From an uncultured Candidatus Sericytochromatia bacterium (GTDB lineage Bacteria > Cyanobacteriota > Sericytochromatia > UBA7694), in assembly GCA_964342365.1 (NCBI GenBank), contig CAYFGW010000002.1, forward strand, positions 1 through 51,903: 51,903 bases of DNA. The letters run 5' to 3'. Shown here in pieces: positions 34,824-43,778 of this stretch. Every line of letters begins with the position of its first letter. The stretch's first letter is position 1. The notes below the pieces were generated by a model. The model did not search any database. It was given only the letters and a program-made list of their open reading frames with translations, and was not told where the DNA came from. The translations under genes were made by a program, and so were the position numbers.

Positions 34824-35535
34824 TCATTTTCCAATCTATTGTTTTGGGTGCAAAAAAGGCTTTGCCCTCTGGCCCCACGTTGGCTATCAGGTCGAGAATA
34901 GACACATAGGGGTTAAAGGTATCTGTGGTGAGCTGGGGGTACGCTTTTTTTGCGTAGTCCATATAGCGTACCTGAATCTGTTGCTCTTCAAAGCGCTGAT
35001 GATCCAGATAGTTCAGCGCCCCGCTACCCGTAATGTAGACGGTTCCCTTGCAAGCTTGCACCATCTGCAGTACCTTGCCGCTTTTGTCCGCGACGGTTTC
35101 TAAAAGCAGTTCTGAAGCGTACAGGGGCTGAAAGGCCAGATCATAATAATCGCAAACCACCTGCATGCTTTTGAGAATCAACGGCATGGCAAACGCTGTG
35201 GATTGCGCATAAACCTCTTGCACCAGCGCCAGCATATCCTTTTTAAAGGGGGCTTTTTGATACACCTGCTCTAAAAAAGCCTGGTGCCTGGGCATCCATT
35301 CTACTTCCGGTCGCAGTTGCAGGGACTGAATCGGTGTTCCCAGAGGAAACTTGACCAGTGGCAGCGTCAGCCATTTGCAGGTTTCGCCCACAACGGGAAT
35401 CTGTACCCGATTGGTAAAGCTTCCTTTTGAAAAGGCCGCCGTATCATAAATTACGTAACGATCTGCCAGCTGAAGCTGTTCAAAAAAACCCACCCACGGA
35501 AAAAACATGGGTTGTGAAATCACCACCCGGGTCAC
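34810..35535 (-). CDS. WbqC-family protein
   Basis: 241 aa. The N-terminus VVISQPMFFPWVGFFEQLQLADRYVIYDTAAFSKGSFTNRVQI matches the WbqC pattern. Confidence 0.75.
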   Translation of the reverse strand: MTRVVISQPMFFPWVGFFEQLQLADRYVIYDTAAFSKGSFTNRVQIPVVGETCKWLTLPLVKFPLGTPIQSLQLRPEVEWMPRHQAFLEQVYQKAPFKKDMLALVQEVYAQSTAFAMPLILKSMQVVCDYYDLAFQPLYASELLLETVADKSGKVLQMVQACKGTVYITGSGALNYLDHQRFEEQQIQVRYMDYAKKAYPQLTTDTFNPYVSILDLIANVGPEGKAFFAPKTIDWKMIDAS

Positions 35536-36050
35536 AGAAATTTCTCCATGATCACCACATCAAAATACTGCTGCTGAAAATAAAAATGCGCCCGTAAAGT
35601 GCCCACCTGGCGGTATTTCAGTTTTTCGTAAAAGCCAATGGCCTGTGCGTTATCCCCTCTCACCTGGAGGGTGAGTTTGCGCAGGTTAAAAACATCGCGC
35701 AAATAATGTTCCAGCAGGTAACAGGCGTTGCCTCCGTGCCCCTGTTGCTGCACGTCGGGAGCCAGGCAAATCCCCAACTCGGCGTGACCGTGTACAGCGT
35801 GAATCTGCTGCGCCTGAATAAACCCCAGCGGTCGGAGTTCGGTATCGGCCACCACAAAAAACACGCCCGGGTCTGCGTTTTTACGCTGGGCCCACTGCTC
35901 CACATCGGCCAGGGTATTGGCTCGCGGCAAGCTGAGCAAATTCGCCTGCACATCGAAGTCATTGCGCAACGTTGAAAAAAAGCGGGCGTCCTCCTGCTGA
36001 AAGGGACGCAGCACGGTGTTTTTATAGTTCAGACCCATCAGAGAAAACAA
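35532..36050 (-). CDS. GNAT-family N-acetyltransferase (RimJ/RimL-like)
   Basis: 172 aa with VLRPFQQEDARFF and the acetyl-CoA loop QQQGHGGNA. ATGA overlap with wbqC. Alternative ATG at 36038. Confidence 0.75.
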   Translation of the reverse strand: MFSLMGLNYKNTVLRPFQQEDARFFSTLRNDFDVQANLLSLPRANTLADVEQWAQRKNADPGVFFVVADTELRPLGFIQAQQIHAVHGHAELGICLAPDVQQQGHGGNACYLLEHYLRDVFNLRKLTLQVRGDNAQAIGFYEKLKYRQVGTLRAHFYFQQQYFDVVIMEKFL

Positions 36051-37180
36051 AACTCCACTTCTTTGGTTTCCCAGAGTGACATGGCCGCCATAGCCTTTCT
36101 TCCGATCTGTGGATTGAGTCCCACATAAACCACTTCCGCCGCTTCAGGAATTTGCTCCGGAGCCAGAATGGGTTTATTCATCAGGGTTTCTTCTTGCTGA
36201 CGATGCGGATTTTGGTCCAAAAAGCACATCACGTGGCTTACATCTCGAAGACAACTGGCAATATACGACCCGTAAAACCCGGACCCGTAAATCACTGCGG
36301 GACGCCCCCGATGCTCAGCCTCAAAATTCAGTAGTCGAGTATCCAGGTTACGCCAGTAGTGAGCAATATTTTCTATAGCATTGGACAGTTCGCTGTCTTT
36401 CGGCGCAGGCAGAGGAAGAGTCTCCCCGCGTTTTTTACCCACCGCAATCAGTCCCCCGTAATGACTTTCTGTATCTATGTCCACCAGTTCAAATCCGGCC
36501 GCAGCAAACAAATACGCCACGGAATCTGCCGTAAAGTGATTCACGTGATCCACCACCACAAAGTCAGCAGAATTGACCAGAAAATCAGGCACCAGAATAT
36601 ACAGCAGCCCCTCATCGTGGAGCACCTGAGCAATATTTTGCATGGCGGTCTGTAAATCAGAAATATGCTCAAAAGCATAAAAAGAAGTCACCAGGTCAAA
36701 ACGTTCTTTCCAGTGCGAAGGTAGCTCAAAAGTGGCCTGACGCGTGGCGTCACGGGTGAGTTTGGACCAGAAAGGCGTGTAATTGTCGCTGACGTCGAAA
36801 AGGTGTAAATCCACATGGGGCTGCGTCGCTTTGAGAATGCGCCAGGTAGAACTTTTGGCACAGCCATAATCCAGCACCTGTTTGTGTAGATTCAAATCTA
36901 CTTTCTGAGCAAGGGTTCTGGCCTGGTGTTCAAAACGAAAAATTTTCTGGCCTGCTTCCACCGCGTAAATCTGGTCTTCTTCTTCGCTATTGATCAAAAT
37001 ATTATACTCGTGAGCATAATAAGCTTCAATATCGGGAATCTCACGGGTTTGTACATGGTGACAAACGGAGCAGAAAAACACGTGGGTAGGGGCGGGATGA
37101 GGTTTGCACAGGGTGGTCATGGATTTTTCAGAAGTGTAGACCTCCCGAGTGTCTTCTGATTGACAAACATAGCAATTCAT
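36038..37180 (-). CDS. Zinc-ribbon SAM-dependent methyltransferase, TylCIII-like architecture (second copy)
   Basis: 380 aa. It has an N-terminal CYVCQS...FCSVCHH, motif I VLDYGCAKSS, and a C-terminal Rossmann-like region PAVIYGSGFYGSYIASCL...CFLDQNPHRQ. That region parallels the C-terminal domain of the 38564..39787 enzyme. Confidence 0.65.
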   Translation of the reverse strand: MNCYVCQSEDTREVYTSEKSMTTLCKPHPAPTHVFFCSVCHHVQTREIPDIEAYYAHEYNILINSEEEDQIYAVEAGQKIFRFEHQARTLAQKVDLNLHKQVLDYGCAKSSTWRILKATQPHVDLHLFDVSDNYTPFWSKLTRDATRQATFELPSHWKERFDLVTSFYAFEHISDLQTAMQNIAQVLHDEGLLYILVPDFLVNSADFVVVDHVNHFTADSVAYLFAAAGFELVDIDTESHYGGLIAVGKKRGETLPLPAPKDSELSNAIENIAHYWRNLDTRLLNFEAEHRGRPAVIYGSGFYGSYIASCLRDVSHVMCFLDQNPHRQQEETLMNKPILAPEQIPEAAEVVYVGLNPQIGRKAMAAMSLWETKEVEFCFL

Positions 37181-38025
37181 TAATGACGCTCCGCCTCTTC
37201 AAGGATTAATTCAGGACAATAATCTTGCAGCTTTTTGCCCTCGCCAAACAGACCGGGCCAGCCCATAGCAACGCCAGAGGGATGCTTAAAATTAAAATAA
37301 CGAATCTGAAGGCTCCAGCGAGACCTGTTACTCTGATTGGCCCCCGAACGGTGAAGGGTTAAGAAATCAATCACGATCAGATCGCCCACCGCACTCAGAG
37401 GGGCTTCTCTGGCGTAACGGTTCAGGCGTTCGGTTTCCTCATGCAAACGCAAAGCATAGGCTCCTGACTGCCCTCCGGTAGTGTCAGAGTAAACGGGTAC
37501 CGGACCTTCTGCCTGAGAGCCCACAGAAAACTCCACGGGCCCCATTTCAGGGGTGACCGAAACCAGTGGACTCCAGAAGACCAGGCCGTCCGGGCTTTTG
37601 AGCTGAGCCAGATAATCCTGATGCCAGGGTGCCTGATAACGGGTTTCTCCGGGATTATCGATGCGAATCCCGGAGCCTCTGGCAGCAAGGCCGGGCAGAC
37701 TGTCAGGACGCAGGGCCCGAAACAGCTCTGCATACCCCGGATGCGCTGTCAGACGAATAAATGCCGGAATTTGCTTCACCGCGTCATACACCACCCCTCC
37801 CAGTCGTCGATCTTTGGCAATCAATGTCTGATAACCTGCATCAAAGTGCGCGGGGGAAAACGTCGTACAGTGCTCTTCTAACTGATGTTCTTTTAAAAGA
37901 AGCTGCAAAATAGAGTGAATGCCCTGCTGGATAGGCTCCAGCTCCTCCGGCTGATAAAATCCCGGAATTTTTAAATAGCCCTGCTCATGAAACTGCGCTC
38001 GCAGGGTGGCGGTTATTAGAGTCAT
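37180..38025 (-). CDS. Phytanoyl-CoA dioxygenase (PhyH)-family Fe(II)/2-oxoglutarate oxygenase
   Basis: ATG 38025 forms an ATGA overlap with the epimerase stop. Motifs are FHEQGYLKIPGF, APWHQDY (HxD) and FLTLHRSGAN (distal His and Arg). Confidence 0.7.
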   Translation of the reverse strand: MTLITATLRAQFHEQGYLKIPGFYQPEELEPIQQGIHSILQLLLKEHQLEEHCTTFSPAHFDAGYQTLIAKDRRLGGVVYDAVKQIPAFIRLTAHPGYAELFRALRPDSLPGLAARGSGIRIDNPGETRYQAPWHQDYLAQLKSPDGLVFWSPLVSVTPEMGPVEFSVGSQAEGPVPVYSDTTGGQSGAYALRLHEETERLNRYAREAPLSAVGDLIVIDFLTLHRSGANQSNRSRWSLQIRYFNFKHPSGVAMGWPGLFGEGKKLQDYCPELILEEAERH

Positions 38026-38567
38026 AAAAGAGCTCCTTGCCCCAAAAATTTCCACTGCCGATCTCGCTCACTCATCACCTGGGGCTTTGCAGGCCAGTCA
38101 AGACTAAGCACAGGGTCATCCCAGCGAAGTCCCCGTGCAGCCTCCGGCGTATAGACCGCATCCGCCATATAGTAGGTTAACAATACATGATCGCTGAGGG
38201 TTAAAAAACCGTGAGCAAAGCCTTTGGGAATATACAAAAGCTGTGGGGTTTCATCTGTTAACGTGACGCTCACATGCTGTAAGTAGGTGTCAGACTCCGG
38301 TCGCAAATCCACAATGACGTCAAAAATGCTCCCCTGAACGCATTGCAGCATTTTGGTTTCAGCAAAGGGTTCCACCTGATAATGCAGTCCCCGCAGGGTG
38401 TGTTTGTGTCGATTGAAGGAGGTATTAAACTGCGTAAAATCTGCCACAAGCCCGTGTTTACCAAAGGTTTCCCTGCACCAGTTGCGCAAAAAATAGCCTC
38501 GCTCATCGGCGATTTTTTCGAGCGTAATGATATAAGCGCCGGAGAGAGCCAGAGGGGTAAACTTCAA
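38022..38567 (-). CDS. NDP-4-keto-6-deoxyhexose 3,5-epimerase (RmlC/RfbC-type cupin)
   Basis: 181 aa with DERGYFLRNW, LRGLHYQ, QCVQGSIFDVIVDLR and PKGFAHGF. Confidence 0.85.
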   Translation of the reverse strand: MKFTPLALSGAYIITLEKIADERGYFLRNWCRETFGKHGLVADFTQFNTSFNRHKHTLRGLHYQVEPFAETKMLQCVQGSIFDVIVDLRPESDTYLQHVSVTLTDETPQLLYIPKGFAHGFLTLSDHVLLTYYMADAVYTPEAARGLRWDDPVLSLDWPAKPQVMSERDRQWKFLGQGALL

Positions 38568-39787
38568 GGCAACACCCTCAATTCAGGAATGGCGGTCACA
38601 AACTGTGCACCCCAGTCCCGGCAGTCCTTAAGCTGCGCTGTGATTTCAGAGGTCAGGTTCCAGGGCAAAATCAAAATATAGTCGGGTTTGTCTTCATACA
38701 ATTTTTCAGGAGGATGAATGGGAATACGACTGCCCGGCAAAAAGAGGCCCTGCTTATGGGGGTTTTTGTCCACACAAAAAGGCAACATTTCGGGCTTGAT
38801 GCCGCAATAATTCAAAAAGGTATTGCCTTTGGCGGGCGCACCGTAGGCGGCAATGCTCTTCTTCTTGCCCTGTAATTCCAAAAAAAACTGCCAGGTGTTG
38901 AGCTTGAGGTTTTTAATGCGCTCCGCAAAGTCCAGATAGGTGTCTAACTGATCAAGACCCAGCGCTTTTTCCTGTTGGAGGGTGGCTTCCACTCGTTCAT
39001 GGATCTCTTGATCTCCGTTGGATTCGGGAGTAATAAACAGCCGCAGAGAGCCACCGTGGGTGCTTAAAGCCTCTACATCGTAAATCGTGAGCTGATGGGC
39101 CTGAAAAATTTGGTGTAAAGCCAGCAGCGAAAAATAGGAGTAGTGTTCGTGATAAATGGTATCAAATTGATTCTGTTGGTACAAATGCAGCAGATGGGGG
39201 ACTTCAATGGTGATGGTGCCGTCTGCTGCGACCAACAGCGCCAGCCCTTTCACAAAATCATTGAGATCGGGCACGTGAGCCAGCACGTTATTGGCCACAA
39301 TGAGATCCGCCTGAATCCCTTCGCTCCGCAGCATTCCGGCAGTGTCTGTGCCAAAAAACAGGGAGCGCGTCGGGATCCCTTTCTGACGGGCCACCTCCGC
39401 CACATTGTCTGCAGGCTCGATACCCAGACGCTGAAAATTTTCGGGAAAATACTGGAGTAAGTAGCCATCATTACTGGCAATTTCCACCACGTGAGAGTCA
39501 GGGGTCAAGGCCAATCGGGGAATGATCTCCTGCACATAGGTTTCGGCATGGGCCAGCCACGAGGTAGAAAAAGAAGAAAAGTAGGCGTAGTCTTTAAAAA
39601 TATGCTCAGGAGCAGAGAAAGCGGGAATTTGCACCAGTAAACAGGACTCACACACCCGCGCATGCAGAGGGTAAAAAATCTCCTCAGCACCGGGATCACG
39701 CACATAAGCATTGGACAGCGGAGACATGCCCAGATCTACAAAACTGTGCTTCAGCGGCGTCTGACAAAAACGGCAGCAAAGACTCAT
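38564..39787 (-). CDS. NDP-hexose C-methyltransferase (TylCIII-like: zinc-binding domain + class I MTase + C-terminal domain)
   Basis: ATG 39787 forms an ATGA overlap with the rfbG stop. Motifs are MSLCCRFCQTPLKHSFVDLGMSPLSNAY...CESCLLVQ, VVEIASNDG, and KSIAAYGAPAKGNTFLNYCGI...CVDKNPHKQGLFLPGSRIPI. Confidence 0.8.
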   Translation of the reverse strand: MSLCCRFCQTPLKHSFVDLGMSPLSNAYVRDPGAEEIFYPLHARVCESCLLVQIPAFSAPEHIFKDYAYFSSFSTSWLAHAETYVQEIIPRLALTPDSHVVEIASNDGYLLQYFPENFQRLGIEPADNVAEVARQKGIPTRSLFFGTDTAGMLRSEGIQADLIVANNVLAHVPDLNDFVKGLALLVAADGTITIEVPHLLHLYQQNQFDTIYHEHYSYFSLLALHQIFQAHQLTIYDVEALSTHGGSLRLFITPESNGDQEIHERVEATLQQEKALGLDQLDTYLDFAERIKNLKLNTWQFFLELQGKKKSIAAYGAPAKGNTFLNYCGIKPEMLPFCVDKNPHKQGLFLPGSRIPIHPPEKLYEDKPDYILILPWNLTSEITAQLKDCRDWGAQFVTAIPELRVLP

Positions 39788-40848
39788 GTGATTTTCTCCA
39801 GGTAGCGTTGAATTTGTGATTGTACCAGTGCTGGCAGATCCTGAGCCAGATATCCCGCCACGGTCCACTGCAATGTGTCTGCCAGATTGAGCTGAGGCTG
39901 CCAGTGCAAGTGTTCGTGAGCACGGCCAGCGTCAATCTGTAAAAAGCCGGATTCGTGGGGCTTTTCGGCGGTGTCGTAACGCCATTGTAGCGCGTTCGTC
40001 TCCCCCTGTGCCACGATATGCGCCCGAATGTGCTGACACAGCGATTCCACGGTAATGGCCGCTTCCGCGGGCGGACCAAAGTTAAAGGCCCCTGCCAGGG
40101 ATGGGGTGGTGGCAGAATGCTCGGCCAGCAGCAGATAACCATAAAGAGCATCCAGTATGTGCTGCCAGGGACGAGTGGCTTCCGGATAACGTAAAACGAG
40201 GGTTTCTCTCTGTTCATAGGCTCTAAAAATATCCGGTACCAGCCGGTTTTGAGAGCAATCACCAGCTCCAATCACGTTGCCCGCCCGGGCCGTGGACACC
40301 TGATGTCCCTGTGCTTGCAAAAAAGACTGGCGGTAGGCTGCTGTTACAATCTCGGCCATGGCCTTGCTGGCCGAATAAGGGTCATGCCCCCCGAGAGGGT
40401 CTGACTCTACAAAAGCATGGGGCGTTTCAGGATTGAGGTAGCATTTATCGCTGGTGACCACAACCACTGTAGCAGGATCTTTGAGGTGCTGACGCACGCT
40501 TTCCAGTAAGTACATTGTGCCGTCCACGTTGGTGTGAAACGTGTCCACAGGGCTGGCATACCCCTCGCTCACCAGAGACTGAGCCGCCAGATGAAAAATC
40601 ACCTCCGGCTGAAAGTCCGTCACGGCGCTATTCAGCGTTTCCGGTTGCCGAATGTCTCCCAGCGCGTGTGTCATTTGCTCAGCGAGACCTGCTTGCACAA
40701 ATAAAGGGGCGTCGGCCTCTACCTGTAAAGACAAACCGCCCACGCGTGCTCCCAGTGCCTTTAGCAACAGGCAAAGCCAGCCGCCCTTAAATCCCGTGTG
40801 GCCCGTCACCAGAACGCGCTTATTTTGCCAGAAGTTCGTGTTTACCAT
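39784..40848 (-). CDS. rfbG: CDP-glucose 4,6-dehydratase
   Basis: 354 aa with KRVLVTGHTGFKGGWLCLLLKALGA, YSASK and the overall SDR-extended pattern typical of RfbG. It lies immediately downstream of rfbF. Confidence 0.9.
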   Translation of the reverse strand: MVNTNFWQNKRVLVTGHTGFKGGWLCLLLKALGARVGGLSLQVEADAPLFVQAGLAEQMTHALGDIRQPETLNSAVTDFQPEVIFHLAAQSLVSEGYASPVDTFHTNVDGTMYLLESVRQHLKDPATVVVVTSDKCYLNPETPHAFVESDPLGGHDPYSASKAMAEIVTAAYRQSFLQAQGHQVSTARAGNVIGAGDCSQNRLVPDIFRAYEQRETLVLRYPEATRPWQHILDALYGYLLLAEHSATTPSLAGAFNFGPPAEAAITVESLCQHIRAHIVAQGETNALQWRYDTAEKPHESGFLQIDAGRAHEHLHWQPQLNLADTLQWTVAGYLAQDLPALVQSQIQRYLEKIT

Positions 40849-41612
40849 TGTTTCCAGGGGGCCTCACGATTGCTCCAGAGGGTTTCTAGCTGATTTTTGT
40901 CTCTGAGGGTATCCATGGCCTTCCAGAAACCCGTATGCTTATAAGCTGCCAACTGATCTTCGCTGGCAATTCGGTTGAGGGGGCCCTGTTCCCAACTGGT
41001 CAGGTCTCCGTCAATATAGGAGAACACCTTCGGCGATAGCACAAAAAAGCCGCCGTTAATCCAGCCGCCGTCCCCCTGGGGCTTTTCCTGGAAATTAATA
41101 ATTTGATCGCCGTCCAGTTGCAGAGCGCCGAAACGCCCGGGAGGCTGGACCGCAGTGAGCGTGGCCAATTTACCGTGAGTATTGTGAAACGCAATGAGTG
41201 CCTGAATGTCTACATCAGCCACCCCATCGCCATAGGTGAAGCAAAAAGCATCTTCATCCACCAGGTAAGGGGCCACCCGCTTCAAACGTCCGCCGGTCAG
41301 GGTTTCCGCGCCGGTGTCTACCAGGGTCACTTTCCAGGGTTCCGAATGCCGTTGATGCACCTGCATTTCATTGGTACGCATGTCAAAGGTGACGTCGGAC
41401 ATGTGTAGGAAATAATTGGCGAAATATTCTTTGATCACGTAACCCTTGTAGCCACAACAAATAATGAAATCATTCACGCCGTAATGGGAGTAAATTTTCA
41501 TAATGTGCCAGAGAATGGGTTTATTACCCACCTCAATCATTGGTTTGGGTTTTAAATGGGTTTCTTCGCTCAGTCGGGTGCCCAGTCCACCCGCCAGTAT
41601 TACTGCTTTCAT
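40842..41612 (-). CDS. rfbF: Glucose-1-phosphate cytidylyltransferase
   Basis: 256 aa. MKAVILAGGLGTRLSEETHLKPKPMIEVGNKPILWHIMKIYSHYGVNDFIICCGYKGYVIKEYF is near-canonical for RfbF. Confidence 0.95.
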   Translation of the reverse strand: MKAVILAGGLGTRLSEETHLKPKPMIEVGNKPILWHIMKIYSHYGVNDFIICCGYKGYVIKEYFANYFLHMSDVTFDMRTNEMQVHQRHSEPWKVTLVDTGAETLTGGRLKRVAPYLVDEDAFCFTYGDGVADVDIQALIAFHNTHGKLATLTAVQPPGRFGALQLDGDQIINFQEKPQGDGGWINGGFFVLSPKVFSYIDGDLTSWEQGPLNRIASEDQLAAYKHTGFWKAMDTLRDKNQLETLWSNREAPWKQW

Positions 41613-41671
41613 GACGACAAACCTTTCATGATCGCGAACTTCGTATTTTCACATCTTAACATAGGCCCTGT

Positions 41672-42511
41672 TCACCCGAAAAAGGTCTGATAATGAGATA
41701 CAAAAATCACCTGATGTTCATGGGCCAGATCGCCCAGTTCCTGATACATATCCCGCAGTAACTCCACTTCCGCAAAATAGCGTTTGGGAAGCAGTGGAGC
41801 CAATACCATCACCCTTTTATGAAAGGCGCTGCGAATATACAAATAACGAAGGTAACCCTGTTCTGAAGTGATGGGTTCTCTGCCCAGATACGCTGTCAAA
41901 AACTGGCGATAGTTCGCCAGACGCTCCGACCAGTCTTTGAGTTGATACAGCTCGGGAAGACGGGCTTCCAAATTGGGGGGCAATCGCTCAATATTTTCAA
42001 AATGATACACAGAATGTTGCAAATTTTGTTGCGCCAAAAACGTATTAACAGGCGTCGGGTCTCCCCCATAACGCAAAAATGTGTTGGGAGCAAAACGAAC
42101 ATAGCCCAGGCGTGCCAGACGGTCTTTGAGTAGATGACGCTGCGCGTTTTCCTCCCGGGAAAACTGCGCCACAATGAGAGAAAATGACCGGGTATCAAGA
42201 CGGTCTTTAAGGAAATAAGAAACGTAGTCTCTGATCACAGCACCAGGCTGCGCCCGCTCATTATTTTGAATCAAATCCTGACGTTGACGAGCACGAGACA
42301 ACGCCGTACGCACCGCACCCGCGTTATGTCCAAAAAGTAAAGCGAACGCTTTTATAGATTTCACCGTAGGCCAGGGGACATCATGTCCCAGATATTGAAA
42401 AACACAGGCGTCAATCGCTGGAGCCAGCAGAGTGTCCTTCAAATTCATAGCATAGGTTTCAGGAATTAACCACATGTCTTTAGCGTAGCGGAAAATGTTT
42501 GAATCGCGCAT
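41672..42511 (-). CDS. PaaX-like transcriptional regulator (tentative)
   Basis: 279 aa. SIKAFALLFGHNAGAVRTALSRARQRQDLI resembles the PaaX winged-helix segment, and the C-terminal helical domain is the size of PaaX_C. Confidence 0.45.
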   Translation of the reverse strand: MRDSNIFRYAKDMWLIPETYAMNLKDTLLAPAIDACVFQYLGHDVPWPTVKSIKAFALLFGHNAGAVRTALSRARQRQDLIQNNERAQPGAVIRDYVSYFLKDRLDTRSFSLIVAQFSREENAQRHLLKDRLARLGYVRFAPNTFLRYGGDPTPVNTFLAQQNLQHSVYHFENIERLPPNLEARLPELYQLKDWSERLANYRQFLTAYLGREPITSEQGYLRYLYIRSAFHKRVMVLAPLLPKRYFAEVELLRDMYQELGDLAHEHQVIFVSHYQTFFG

Positions 42512-42563
42512 ATGTTACAATAAATTTTAACATACAAAAAAAACGTAACAACAGGAGTTTGTC

Positions 42564-43721
42564 ATGAACAACATCACAAAAGTGTGGGGACTGACGATGT
42601 ACGTCATGACCCTGAGTGCTTGTAGTCTGGGATGGTTACTGTCACCGCAGGTGAAATTTGCGAGTTCCCCTGCGGTAGAAGCGCCAGATTATCACTCTGC
42701 CGAAGCCTGGGCTGCTTTACCAGAAACCCCTGGCAAAACGATTTTTTCACCCGCTAAGATATCTGATTACCCGCTTTCAGAAGCACATCGCGCCGACGTA
42801 TTTTTTGTGCACCCCACGGCATGGTTCAGCAGAAAACAGTGGAACGCAGATTTTTCGCCGGGAGCTTCCCGGGAGGTCGTGGACCACATATCCATGGCCA
42901 GTCAGGCTAGCGTTTTTAATGCCTGCTGTCGTATTTTTGCCCCTCGACATCGTCAGGCAACACTGGGCGCATTTTATGCAGAGATAGCCGAAGCAGAACC
43001 GGCCTTTGACATCGCTTATCAGGATCTCAGAAACGCATTTATTTACTTTCTGCAGCGCAATGGTGAGCGACCGTTTTTTCTGGCAGGTCACAGTCAGGGA
43101 AGTTTACATTTGATGCGTTTATTAGAAAACGAAGTGAATCCCTATCCAGAAATTCGACAACGTATGGTAGCAGCTTATCTTCCGGGAGCAGCTATTCCTG
43201 TATCCTGGTATAGCTCGTCACAGGCTAATGTTCCCTGTGAAACCCCTGAACAAACAGGATGTGTGGCCGCATGGGATACCTATGAAATAAACGCAAAGGT
43301 TCAGGGTCATGAACCTGTATATCACTGGCAGAACAACCGTCTCGTACGCTACCCAGTTCAGGCAGCACGACAATGCACCAATCCGTTGAACTGGTCTACA
43401 GATTTTGAAAAAGCGCCGCAAAGTCAGCATCTTGGAGCAGTCCAGATGATTAACAGGGGTAAGGACTTCAATTTTTCTCAACTCATCTTTTCGGAGCGCC
43501 CGCTTGAGGTAAATATCACAGGATTAGCTGCCCCGCGTGTAAATCTGACGTCAGCAACGTGTGATACACAGGCGCTGCGTGTGGAAAATCTGAAGCAATA
43601 TAACTATCCGGTGATGGAAACCCAACCCGGCAATTACCATCTTCTGGACTACGAGTTATTCTGGATGAATCTGCGCCACAATAGCCTTGTACGCCTGAGG
43701 CACTGGTGGCAGAAACATTAA
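42564..43721 (+). CDS. DUF3089-family alpha/beta hydrolase (lipase-like)
   Basis: 385 aa with ADVFFVHPTAW, RIFAPRHRQATL, IAYQDLRNAFIYFL and the nucleophile elbow FFLAGHSQGSLHLMRLL. Confidence 0.8.
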   Translation: MNNITKVWGLTMYVMTLSACSLGWLLSPQVKFASSPAVEAPDYHSAEAWAALPETPGKTIFSPAKISDYPLSEAHRADVFFVHPTAWFSRKQWNADFSPGASREVVDHISMASQASVFNACCRIFAPRHRQATLGAFYAEIAEAEPAFDIAYQDLRNAFIYFLQRNGERPFFLAGHSQGSLHLMRLLENEVNPYPEIRQRMVAAYLPGAAIPVSWYSSSQANVPCETPEQTGCVAAWDTYEINAKVQGHEPVYHWQNNRLVRYPVQAARQCTNPLNWSTDFEKAPQSQHLGAVQMINRGKDFNFSQLIFSERPLEVNITGLAAPRVNLTSATCDTQALRVENLKQYNYPVMETQPGNYHLLDYELFWMNLRHNSLVRLRHWWQKH

Positions 43722-43778
43722 CGGCTTTTTTATGATGTGACGGGAAGAATCTGAAAGACACCGTGATATATATGGACT

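Noticed and set aside
39696-40271. 191-aa minus-strand ORF overlapping rfbG and the C-methyltransferase in another frame
   Set aside because: It is fully embedded in two genes with canonical motifs and an ATGA junction, and it is Trp/Arg/Pro-rich, as is typical of off-frame translation.
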